A stretch of 64,000 nt of DNA from Octopus vulgaris (taxonomy: Eukaryota), in contig OX597825.1 of assembly GCA_951406725.2 (NCBI GenBank), positions 60,202,001-60,266,000 of the forward strand. Reading direction: 5' to 3'. The notes beneath the pieces are model-generated. The model was not told the DNA's origin. It saw nothing but the letters and a program-made list of their open reading frames with translations, and ran no database searches. The first letter of the stretch is position 1. Each line of letters opens with the position of its first letter. Positions 53,567-64,000 of the stretch are shown piece by piece. Both the position numbers and the translations under genes were made by a program.

Positions 53567-55420
53567 TGAATAGACACCTGTCAGCGTGCGTTGGAGCGGT
53601 TCAACTTTTCCAGGCGCCACCGCCGCCTCAACATCTCCCCGCCCGAGCTCTCGGCTCTCCGTTCCCTCCAACGGCGCGCTGACATTATCATCAAACCGGC
53701 TGACAAAGGTGGAGCTGTTGTGGTGTGGGACGCGGACCTCTACAGGCCCGAGGCGCTCCGCCAACTCAATGACACCTCCTTCTACTCTCTTCTGTCCTCT
53801 AACCCCACGCGTAGCTACCAACAGACGGTATCCTCTATTGTCCACGACCTCATCTCGTCCTCCCGTCTCCCTCACACTGCATCCAACCTCATCGTGCGAA
53901 CCCCACGCACCCCACCATTTACTTCCTCCCCAAAATCCACAAACCCAACAACCCTGGCCGCCCCATCGTCTCCGCCTGTAACTACCCCACGGAGCTCATC
54001 TCAAAATACCTCGACCGTGTCCTTGCCCCCCTAGTGGCGTCTCTTCCCTCCAACATCCACGACACCAACCTTGCTCTCCGGCTTTTCAACTCTTTTTCCT
54101 TTCCTCCCGGCTCCTCCAAAATACATTTTACAATGGACATCCAGAGCCTCTATACCGTCATCTCTCACCACGAAGGACTGCGGGCACTTCAACACTTTCT
54201 CGACCTCCGCCCCAACCCCGAACCCGACACCTCCACACTCATTCGTCTGGCCGAACTTGTCCTTTCTCTTAACTGCTTCTCGTTCGCGGGCGAGTTCCAC
54301 CAACTGTCTCGGGAGTGGCCATGGGAACGCGAATGGGCCCCAACTATGCGAACCTGTTCGTTGGCTATGTTGAGGCCCAAATATTCTCTAGTTTCACTGG
54401 TCCCACTCCCGGACTATACGGTCGTTACATTGACGACATTATCGGTGCCACCTCACTCTCCCGTGAACATCTAGATTCCTTCCTCTCTTTCGTTCAATCC
54501 TTCCATCCTGCCCTGCACATCTCCTGCGCATCTCCAACACCTCTGTCTCCTTCCTCGACATTTCGGTCAGCATTCATCACTCCACTCTTACCACCTCCAT
54601 TCACTACAAACACACAGACACACACTCACACCTAAACTTCTCTTCCTCCCACCCCAAACACACCAAGCTTCCCATCCCCTATTCCCAATTTCTCCGTCTA
54701 CGTAGGCTCTGTAGTGACGACCATGACTTTGAGACTCAGTCTCAACTCATGGCTCGCCACTTCATCCTACGTGGATACCCCCTCACCACTATCCACACCG
54801 CCCTTGCCAGAGCACTTCCGTAGACCGTGCATCTGCTCTCTCCACGAACCCGCCCTTTAGTCTCCTGCCTCCCTTTTCCCCTCATTTACCACCCCACGAC
54901 CCTACCTCTCTAACGCACCATTCTTCGAGCTTTCCGGTATCTCCAGTCCGACCCGTCCACTTCACACCTCTTCCCTAACCGACCCCTCCCCTCCTTCAAA
55001 CGAGCCCATAACCTATGAGACCTCTTGGTCCACAGCTCCTTCCCTGACCCTACCTCCCAACCTGGCTCGTTCCCCTGCTCCCGCCCACGTTGCCGCACTT
55101 GCCCTTACCTCTCCAACACCACCCTCCTCACTGGCACCCATCATAGACCCTATCGCATCATCAACTCCTTCACCTGCACCTCCAGCAATATCATCTATTG
55201 CATCTCCTGCTCTCTCTGTCATTCCCTGTACATCGGACAAACTGGACGCCGCTCGGCTGACCGGTTCGCGGAAACCTTCGGGACATCCGCCTTGCCAACG
55301 ACATACCGGTCTCACGCCATTTCCGCTCCACTGGTCACTCCTTGCAACACATGTAAGTGTTCGGATTGTCCTTGCACAGAGGTCATCCAGATTCCCGTTT
55401 GCGCCGTGAACAGAAATTAA
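53567..55420 (+). mobile_element. PLE D (Neptune-like), C-rich, multiply frameshifted RT + GIY-YIG
   Basis: IIKPADKGGAVVVW, FTMDIQSLYT, AMGTRMGPNYANLF, YGRYIDD, CSRPRCRTC, IIYCISCSLCHSLYIGQTGR. Confidence 0.92.
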
Positions 55421-58400
55421 TCATATCCCATTGATTAAGAGAATTCTCGCGTAAATTCGTCATGTTAGTATATGTATTTGTCGCTAGATACATCCGTACA
55501 GTTAAGCAGATTATTTATTTTAGATATCTGAATATCTATATTTAATGTAGACGTCAAAATCCTATCGGATTTATCTAAGAGGACACCTATATTTCATATT
55601 TGTTTATTAATAATCTCATCTGTCATTTGTTCATGTAACAATCGTATATGTCATCCCTTTTCTGTATTAATTCTTCCAAATATGCAGTGAGGAGGCAAAG
55701 TCGTTAGAACTTCGGAAAAAATGCATTACCTTATTTGCGACTGTTTTATCGTCTGAGCTCAACCCCGCCGTGGGAAACGTTGCCTTTCATTGTTTCAGGT
55801 TGATAAAATATAGCCCCAATCATATAAAGGAATCGATAAAATCAACTAAACATTTTTCACTTGTGCCTAAATGAAAAACCAATATAAATTCTACCTCCAA
55901 AATAAAAAAAAAATCAATACTTATTCAGTCAAAGTATAAAACAGTTCTGCCGCAGGGTGCCTTGCGGTATTTGTTTTGATATTTTGTGTTCTGAGTTCAA
56001 ATATTGCGGACAGTAACTTAGATTTTCTCTCTTGGTGGAACGTTTGGTTTATATACCAGCCAATTACTGGGGCCGATGTAATAGACTAACTACCTCCACT
56101 CAGCAAATTGTCGGTCTTGTGCTTAAGTGTGTATTTGCTCCTCCCACCACCGATAGAAAACCAGTGCTGGTGTGTTTACGTCCCTGTAGCAAGAAAAAGA
56201 TAAAATATGAAAGATAAATCTAACTTGTTGAAGAAAGGCGGAATTTCTTAATTTGTTTTGAATACAAGTTCTGTAGGATAGACATAACATAAGGCATTAC
56301 TAATACGTTCTCTATTACGTACAAGCACAGTCATCAAACACTGTTACGAAGGAGAATCTTTGGGAATATCTTGATCGCTAGAAATAGCAACCAAATCACC
56401 ATATGTAAAATGTAATTTCGCTTTTGAATACTGTCAGTTTCTGTGTACCATACCTTAACACAACAATGAGGAGAAGTTGTTCATGGCTGGAATGCGTTTG
56501 ACAATACATTAGCTCAGCTTCGACCGATAATAATGCAAGCTTTCGTAACCAAACTGAGATCTGATAGGGAGTGTCTAGTAATTAGTAGATTAAACGAGTC
56601 GTTGTATATTGTATTCGTTTGAGTCGATGCAGTTGGTTCTTTTACAGCAATAAAAGAATTGGAGCAGTTCTATGAATTAATCAAGAGCATCACTAATGTA
56701 GCAGCAGTAAACCCTGTTTCTGTTCTTTCCATATTTTTTTATGAAATACCATGACTTTATTTCATAGTAAAATACACTTTGTCCTTGGTGGGTGTCAGGA
56801 ACAGAAATAATCGTTACATTTCATGGAAGTTTTTAATTTGCATGACTTTAAATTTTGTTTTTCTTAAGCATAGAAGTGAGAGCGATTTCAAGAGGTTTGG
56901 TACGAAAGTGGTTACACCAAGGATTAGAGCAAGAAAGTAGTTATATAGAGTGATGGAACAACATATGTTGCAGTGTTCTGTTTCTCAGAAAAATATTTGT
57001 TATTGACTTATTTATTTACACAAAGGCCATATATTTAATGGGAGTGAGTAGAAATTGTATTCTTTTCTACCTGTGATTAGACTAATGACAATACCGTTGG
57101 ATTTAAAGTGAACCAATATGAACTCCACTACGAATTGGATAGTAATCTCAATCAGATATGAGCTTTCCTCTTGATGTACGTTTTTCGGAATAGTACATTA
57201 CATTATCTCCAGAGGTTTGATATTTTAAACATTTATTCAATCTCCTTTACTATATAGCAGTAATTATTTCATTGATGATAAGAAAAACTTTTAAAACTTT
57301 TACATTTTAACGAAAAACTCTGCTTGAAATCTCAAAGGGATTTCGACGTGGTATATAATTTAAAATCTAAAATTCCAAGATGTTTTATTGATTTATGAAA
57401 ATAATAATGTTCAAACTTATCGTCGCCGAGAGAGATTTTATGAGCCAACTGATGTTTCATACAATGCATTTAATAAGACGTACCATTATGAATTAACCAG
57501 GCATGGAAAGTTCTGATTAGAATAATAAATTAGTTTGCACTCTGTTCCATTTATTACCGAACGATAAAGGCATTTCAATAAGTACAAAAGCCTAAATGAG
57601 TATGTCTTTAATTAAATCTCCTGCAGGTTAAGCAGAAACACTGATCTCATGAAATTGATTAACACTAATCGCCAGATATGCAATTTCCTGCTGTTGCTGA
57701 TGATAAAGAGTAGGGGTGGTTCCATTGGCTGGCGGGGTGTAAAGGGGCATTAATTAAAAGTAATTCTTCACAAAGACAAACCCCACTAGGAAAGTCTTTA
57801 CAGAGTTATTTTTCTGCGAGAAATAACAACCAAATCTATTCCAAACCATACCCACCCTACTGACTTGAAAAATTCCATATTGTATCATGTGATTCTGTGG
57901 AACTGCAAAGCTGAATAGAAATTAGTTGAAACGAATAGAATCTATTTGTGATTTTTATTTAAAAAATCTGATTGAGTAGCATTCCTCAAAAGCTAAACAC
58001 AGACAACTAAAACAACGACTTTATAAGATACATCAAAACGCAAAAACCTACCTGTTGGATTTACAGAGTAAAATTTGAGCTTCAGGCACATGTAAGGAAT
58101 ATTCATAATATCTAAATCCTTGACACTTAGGCATATAGATTGACACTGTGCCGATTAGTGTCATGCGTCTAAAATGTTCAACTGTTCATTCTAAAATCAC
58201 AAATACCTGTTGCTATTATGACGAATATTATATCATACTTAACGTAGCAATCCTCTTTCACAAGCTAAACTTTAGTTTCAGTGACAAAGTAAATCAAATT
58301 TAAATTCAGTTTAAAGCAGAAGCCATCTGCTATTCCTTATTAAGAGGAGTGATTTATCCCTTACGATGCATAATATTTCACAAAACATCTTATATACAAA

Positions 58401-58839
58401 CAGGTATATTTTAATGGGAGACGAAATTGAGTATTTTCATGTATATGATAATTTTAATGGCATTAGTTGGGAATTGATATTATTCTGAAGCTTGTGAACA
58501 CGATATGGCTATATCCATAAATACATTTTTATTACTACATGACCACAGAATTGGAAATTTGAAACCGTATCTCTCGCAATAAACGATAAAACAAAATGTG
58601 CAACGCACTACAATTTATGTATTCACATAAATATGTAAATTGCTGCCATGAAATATAAGAACATATCGTTGCTGAATACGTTAACTTCGATATTTTTGCA
58701 TGGCTTTGTGATTAACACATTTGTTTCGTAGCCCTGTATTTTCGACCTCAGATCTACTGCATGCCACCTTCAGCAAGTACCTTGTACTACAACCCTATGC
58801 ATACCAATATCCTTGATATCAGTAATGAATTTATAAGCA

Positions 58840-58990
58840 TCCCTCCCTCCATGCCTCCCTCCATCCATCCATCTGTCCGTCCATCTATGTATGTATGTAT
58901 GTATGTATGTATGTATGTATGTATGTATGTATCTATCTATCTATCTATCTATCTACCTATCTATCTATCTACCTATCTATCTGTCTATAA
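58840..58990. repeat. (CCAT)n-(ATGT)n-(ATCT)n tetranucleotide tract
   Basis: Direct reading. Confidence 0.9.
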
Positions 58991-59133
58991 GAGTGTTTAT
59001 AAGCACAGAAAGGTTATATGAAAATTTCTCTCATTGTAGCTATCATAGTACTTTTGTTCTAATTCAAAGTGGGGATTAATACTACCTATTTGTATCAATA
59101 TTGCTTGTGTCGCGTCGCTCACTATACATATAC

Positions 59134-59175
<42 letters not shown>

Positions 59176-59350
59176 CGTTTTTCTACCTATTTTTACATTA
59201 CATTATTCTTGTAATTTACTTAATGTTTACTTTTTAATTGTTATTTTAATTTTTACTTTTCTATTATATGTAATTTTCTAGATGGTGTAATTTAATTATT
59301 CATTTTGAATTGATAAAAGGTGTTTTTTTCTAATATTTTATATATACATG

Positions 59351-59411
<61 letters not shown>

Positions 59412-59416
<5 letters not shown>

Positions 59417-59625
59417 GAATTCATAATAAAATACAAAAGACGAAGACAAGTGGTTTAGACAACAAATGGATGTATTAGTATAACGCTCGGGAAGTGAAAA
59501 AGTCTTTAACGTTTCGAGCCTAACCTCTTCCACAGAGAGGAACACAGAAAGAAACAAGGAGAGAAAATAGAGAATTATAGTGGGGCTAGCGATCTATCAT
59601 GACGAAGCCATGATAGATTGTTAGA
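59412..59625 (-). mobile_element. Second copy of the ~190-bp PLE-like terminal module, with a micro fold-back at its 5' end
   Basis: Homologous to 9853-10042; ctagcgatctatcatg / catgatagattgttag inverted repeat at 59586-59624. Confidence 0.6.
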
Positions 59626-59681
59626 TGAAGTGTTTTAATCAAGAGCAAAATAATGAAAGGCGTTATTTTTAATTTTTATCT

Positions 59682-61430
59682 AGTTTCAGCTCACAAGCTG
59701 TGGCCATGCTGGGGTACCGCCATTTGGTGTTGCTACATGATTATACTTCACGAATGCTTTTTAGCAATTGCCATTTGGTGCATGAGAGAGTTCGATGCAG
59801 CTGCCCTCATCTGCACCTCCTGCCGTGAAGTTGGTTCATCTGGGACACCTGATAAGAAGAGATCCAGTTTTATTTTAAAGACATCTGCATCCACCCCATG
59901 CAGGTCTCTTAGAGGATATTGAAGAGCTGTGGGCCTCTGAAGTCCAGGCTGTCACAGTATCTTGCACTAAATCTTGATGGCAAATTTGGAATCCTTGGCA
60001 CTATGCAGTGGCGTCCAGTTCTGGCATTTGTGTAACTCTCGATGCCAAAGTTTGGGAAAAGTCCTTCTAGGATCTTCCAGATGTATATTATGGCATATCT
60101 TTCTCGCCTACGCTCTAAGGAATAGAGTCTCAAACTCTTGAGTCTTTCCCAATAGCTTATATGCTGCACAGAGGCTATCTTCTTCGTGTAGCGTCGTTGG
60201 TTCGCCTCAAGTTCTGTGATCAACTTGACACTGGATGGTGACCATAGCTGAGAGCAATAGTCAAAGTGGCTTAGGACAAGTGTCCTCCAGAGGACCATCA
60301 TGGTTTCCGGGTCTCTTGTTCTAAAGGTTCTAAGAATCAATCCGGTCAGCCGCCTACATTTCATTGCCAATTTAGCAACATGCACATGAAAGGTTGCATC
60401 ATCACTCATGTAAATACCCAGGTCTCGCAGTGATTGTGCCTCTGGGATTGCAGTCTCTCCAGGTCCAGTGTATTTATTGGGTATTGCATTTAGTTTTGCA
60501 TGCTGATAGCATAAAGCTTGAAACTTTTCAGCATTGAACTGCATGCTATTCTTTTCAGCCCATTTGTATATTTTGTCCAGCTCACATTGCAGGTGCTTAG
60601 TGTCTTCAGGGTCCTGTATTGCCTCTGAAACATTTGTATCATCTGCATAACTTGTGATCGTGTCTCTCTGCGTGGCTGAGGGCATGTCTGAGAGGGCCAT
60701 TATGAACAGTAGTGGTCCCAAAACAGTGCCTTGCGGAACACCACTCACTATTTGTGTGTTAATGGAAGTGGCCCCATTGGCTACTACCACCTGACTTCTA
60801 TCCTTCAGAAAGTCATGAATCCATTCTCCCAATTTTCCAACTATGCCAAGATGACGCAGTTTATGACATATCATTCCATGATCGACTTTATCAAAGGCCT
60901 TTTCAAAGTCGAGATATATCACTTCTACATTTGAGTGGTTGAGCAGTCGTTTCAGCACCCAGTCATAGTATTGTAGGAGCTGAGTTAAGCAGCTTCTTCC
61001 TGGTCGGAAACCATGTTGGGTGTCAGGCAGCAAGTCATTTTCTTCAAGGAAGGTGATTAGATTCCTTCTGACTATTCGTTCCATGACCTTGCTGATATGT
61101 GAGGTCAGAGAGATAGGTCTGTAGTTCTTGGCCTCAGCTCTGCTACCGCCTTTATGAATAGGGCATATTTTACCTTCCTTCAGTTTTCTTGGAAGTTTGC
61201 CAGTTGCAAGGAAGCTCTGAAAGAGGAACTGCAGTGGTCTTGCTAGGACTCTCTTACATACTTTTAGAAGGATCGCTGGGAATCCATCGGGGCCAGTAGC
61301 TGAGTTTGTTTTCACTTCATCAATAGCCTTTATTACATCGTCTTTCTTTATATTGATATAATCAATCATCGGTGCCTCTGATTTTATATCTGCAGTGGTA
61401 AAGAAGTCAGTTGGATTGCTGACTTGGTGA
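59682..61430 (-). mobile_element. 5'-truncated CR1/L2-group LINE
   Basis: RT ORF plus frameshifted C-terminus and 3' tail ggcggtaccccagcatggccacagcttgtgagctgaaact. Confidence 0.9.
59909..61369 (-). CDS. LINE ORF2 reverse transcriptase domain (486-aa open stretch)
   Basis: SATGPDG, NYRPISLTS, QHGFRPGRSCLTQL, YLDFEKAFDKVDH, GVPQGTVLGPLLF, YADDT, RDLGI. Confidence 0.92.
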   Translation of the reverse strand: MIDYINIKKDDVIKAIDEVKTNSATGPDGFPAILLKVCKRVLARPLQFLFQSFLATGKLPRKLKEGKICPIHKGGSRAEAKNYRPISLTSHISKVMERIVRRNLITFLEENDLLPDTQHGFRPGRSCLTQLLQYYDWVLKRLLNHSNVEVIYLDFEKAFDKVDHGMICHKLRHLGIVGKLGEWIHDFLKDRSQVVVANGATSINTQIVSGVPQGTVLGPLLFIMALSDMPSATQRDTITSYADDTNVSEAIQDPEDTKHLQCELDKIYKWAEKNSMQFNAEKFQALCYQHAKLNAIPNKYTGPGETAIPEAQSLRDLGIYMSDDATFHVHVAKLAMKCRRLTGLILRTFRTRDPETMMVLWRTLVLSHFDYCSQLWSPSSVKLITELEANQRRYTKKIASVQHISYWERLKSLRLYSLERRRERYAIIYIWKILEGLFPNFGIESYTNARTGRHCIVPRIPNLPSRFSARYCDSLDFRGPQLFNIL

Positions 61431-62758
61431 GAATTCTTTTAGAAGACGCACTATATTTGTAGGAGGCTAAAACCCACGGGTTGCTGCTTAACTGGTTACA
61501 AAATGAATTCTAGCACAAAAATAAAGTCAGCGTATCCTTTACGGTGACCCTCACACATTCTGTCGACCAGATATCATTTACTGGACTTTATTACCTCGTG
61601 GATACGAGAAAGAGACTATCCAAGAGTGCTTTAAATTAGAATCGAAGCCGAATCTCGGGCATTGCCGAGTAGGCGCCTTCATAGCCAGCTGTGAATATCG
61701 AGCAACAGTTTGACGTGGATCGTAAAGGGACGTAACTCAAACCATACGTTCTAACATTATAATGGCTTGTCATCTACGTTATCTTTGTTTTATTATTTGT
61801 TCGTAAGTAGGAAATTGAAAAGTATCTTACTATAGAAACTATAATACTTACAGTTACATATTTGTTTTTGTCCTTGTTTCAAGAACAAACCAGTATGTAC
61901 ATTAGAAATAGGTCTAAGTGATTGATTGCTTAATTCTATTAGATAATTAGTGATTATTTTTTTCAGGATCTCACAAAAAAAAAGAGAAGCAAAGTTAATT
62001 ACACATTAATTGCAAAGTTTGAACTCAGTCCGTCGGATCTAGCTAGATTCCATTTATGACATAAAACGGAAAATTATTGGCTTATTATAAAGCAGGAATT
62101 ATTGAATTATTATGCAGACATACTGATTTATTTTATTAACAATCTCTTCAAGTCTATTTGGGGAAATAACGAAATATAAATCTTAGATGACAGATGGTTA
62201 TCTATCGTTAAAGCAGTTTACAATAGATACAGCATTATTCATTATCGTCTCAAATTTCTGCAATCTTAAAGGTGAAACAATTTTTCAGCTGGCCTCTTAT
62301 CTATCACTGCTAGATTAGCGCTGTTTATCTTGATTCTATATAACTATTGGTAATACTGAGCTGATGTATTGTAGTAATTTGTTGGACTAAATGAAATTCG
62401 TAATGAACTTGTGAAAACAATTTACTGAACCATACAATTCAGCTAAAACGGATTCTGTGATTGTTTATGGGAAGGTGAACTCTTAGCCATTCCTCGCATT
62501 TACCATTCTGTCAAACAGATCGGTTACACCGCAGAGCTACAGCAGCAATGACACATTAACACCAAGCATTTCTTCGTTACTACAAGTCGTCACTTTCGTA
62601 CTGATTGTCTATAAATCTAACTCAAATGCGTATCGAAGACAATGGACGTATGGAAAGTAAGAACAATCCCAGTAGAGTATGTACGTAGAAAATAAGAGTA
62701 CAACAGTAAGCAATGAACAACGTTGTTGATTCAGTCAAACAATACTAAAGGAGTAAAT

Positions 62759-62975
62759 AAGGCTGCGAGCTGGAAGAAGCGTTGGCACGCCGGGTGAAAT
62801 GCTTAGCGGTGTTTCGTCTGTCTTGACGTTCTGAGTTCAAATTCCGACGAGATTTACTTTGCTTTCATACTTTCGGGGTCGATAAATTATGCACCAGTTG
62901 CGTACTGGGATCGAGCTAATCGACTGGCTCCCTTCCCCAAAATTTCGGGCCTCTTGCCTAGAGTAGAAAAGAATG
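62759..62975 (+). mobile_element. SINE family A copy
   Basis: aaggctgcgagctggaagaagcgttggcacgccggg..gagttcaaattcc.. Confidence 0.8.
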
Positions 62976-63026
62976 CTAAAGGAGTATATAATTTTATTAT
63001 ATTTGTACTGAAAGTACTCTCTGTTG

Positions 63027-63436
63027 CTCTCTTTTACTCTTTTACTCTTACTTGTTTCAGTCATTTGACTGCGGCCATGCTGGAACACCGCCTTTAATCG
63101 AGCAACTCGACCCCGAGACTTATTCTTTTGTAACCCCAGTACTTATTCTATCGGTGTCTTTTGCCGAACCGCTAAGTAACGGGGACATAAACACACCAGC
63201 ATCGGTTGTCAAGCAATGCTAGGGGGACAAACACACTCACACAAACACACACACGCATATATATATATACATATATATGACGGGCTTCTTTCAGTTTCCG
63301 TCTACCAAATCCACTCACAAGGCTTTGGTCGGCCCGAGGCTATAGTAGAAGATACTTGCCCAAGGTGCCACGCAGTGGGACTGAACCCGGAACCATGTGG
63401 CTGGTTAGCAAGCTACTTACCACACAGCCACTCCTG
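63027..63436 (-). mobile_element. Full-length tRNA-derived SINE family C with LINE-like tail
   Basis: Reverse complement: aggagtggctgtgtggtaag..gggttcagtccc (A/B boxes)..ggcggtgttccagcatggccgcagtcaaatgactgaaacaag(taaaagag)n. Confidence 0.88.
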
Positions 63437-63547
63437 CTAGTCAGATTTTCACAATTATTTGCTTATGTCGGTAACTTCGATCTCGTAAAGAATCACTTAA
63501 CTTGGAGTAGTAATGGGATTTAAAGACTCCAATCAATAAATTATCTC

Positions 63548-63715
<168 letters not shown>

Positions 63716-63943
63716 CTTAAGTGTGTGTACATATATGGGTGTGTGTCTTTATATTTGAGTTTGACATCTCACCGTATAACAACCAATTCTTGGATTGTTA
63801 CGACCCTTAACGTAGCAGCTTAGCAATTATACAAAAGCAGGTGATGAAATACCTAAGTATCAGGCTTAAAAAATTATATACTGAGGTCAGCTAAACTCTT
63901 CAAACTGTTGCTCCAGCATGGCTGCATTTTAATAACTGAAAAG

Positions 63944-64000
<57 letters not shown>

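Overview
AT-rich eukaryotic, largely non-genic DNA saturated with (TA)n/(CA)n/(ATCT)n microsatellites and tRNA-derived SINEs. The repeat landscape is what I would expect of an octopod (Octopus-like) genome; this is an inference, not a database match. No host protein-coding gene is supported, and most ORFs in the track are microsatellite artefacts. The window contains five Penelope-like retroelements (PLEs; RT + GIY-YIG). One (19436-23868) has an uninterrupted ~941-aa ORF and near-identical ~860-bp inverted terminal arms, so it looks very recent. There are also a CR1/L2-type LINE RT, R4/Dong-type LINE relics, a Tc1 relic and a mariner relic. The most notable unexplained signal is a set of hammerhead-ribozyme (HHR)-like motifs at PLE 3' ends and in small non-coding modules. 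Across them the catalytic 3-8 base pair co-varies (C-G, U-A, G-C), and two unrelated repeat families share the same extra-G/stem-II architecture. Other signals are several small fold-back remnants sitting in (TA)n tracts and an isolated 80-nt near-perfect hairpin with a GNRA loop. RNA folds were read by eye, no activity is demonstrated, and repeat boundaries are approximate.
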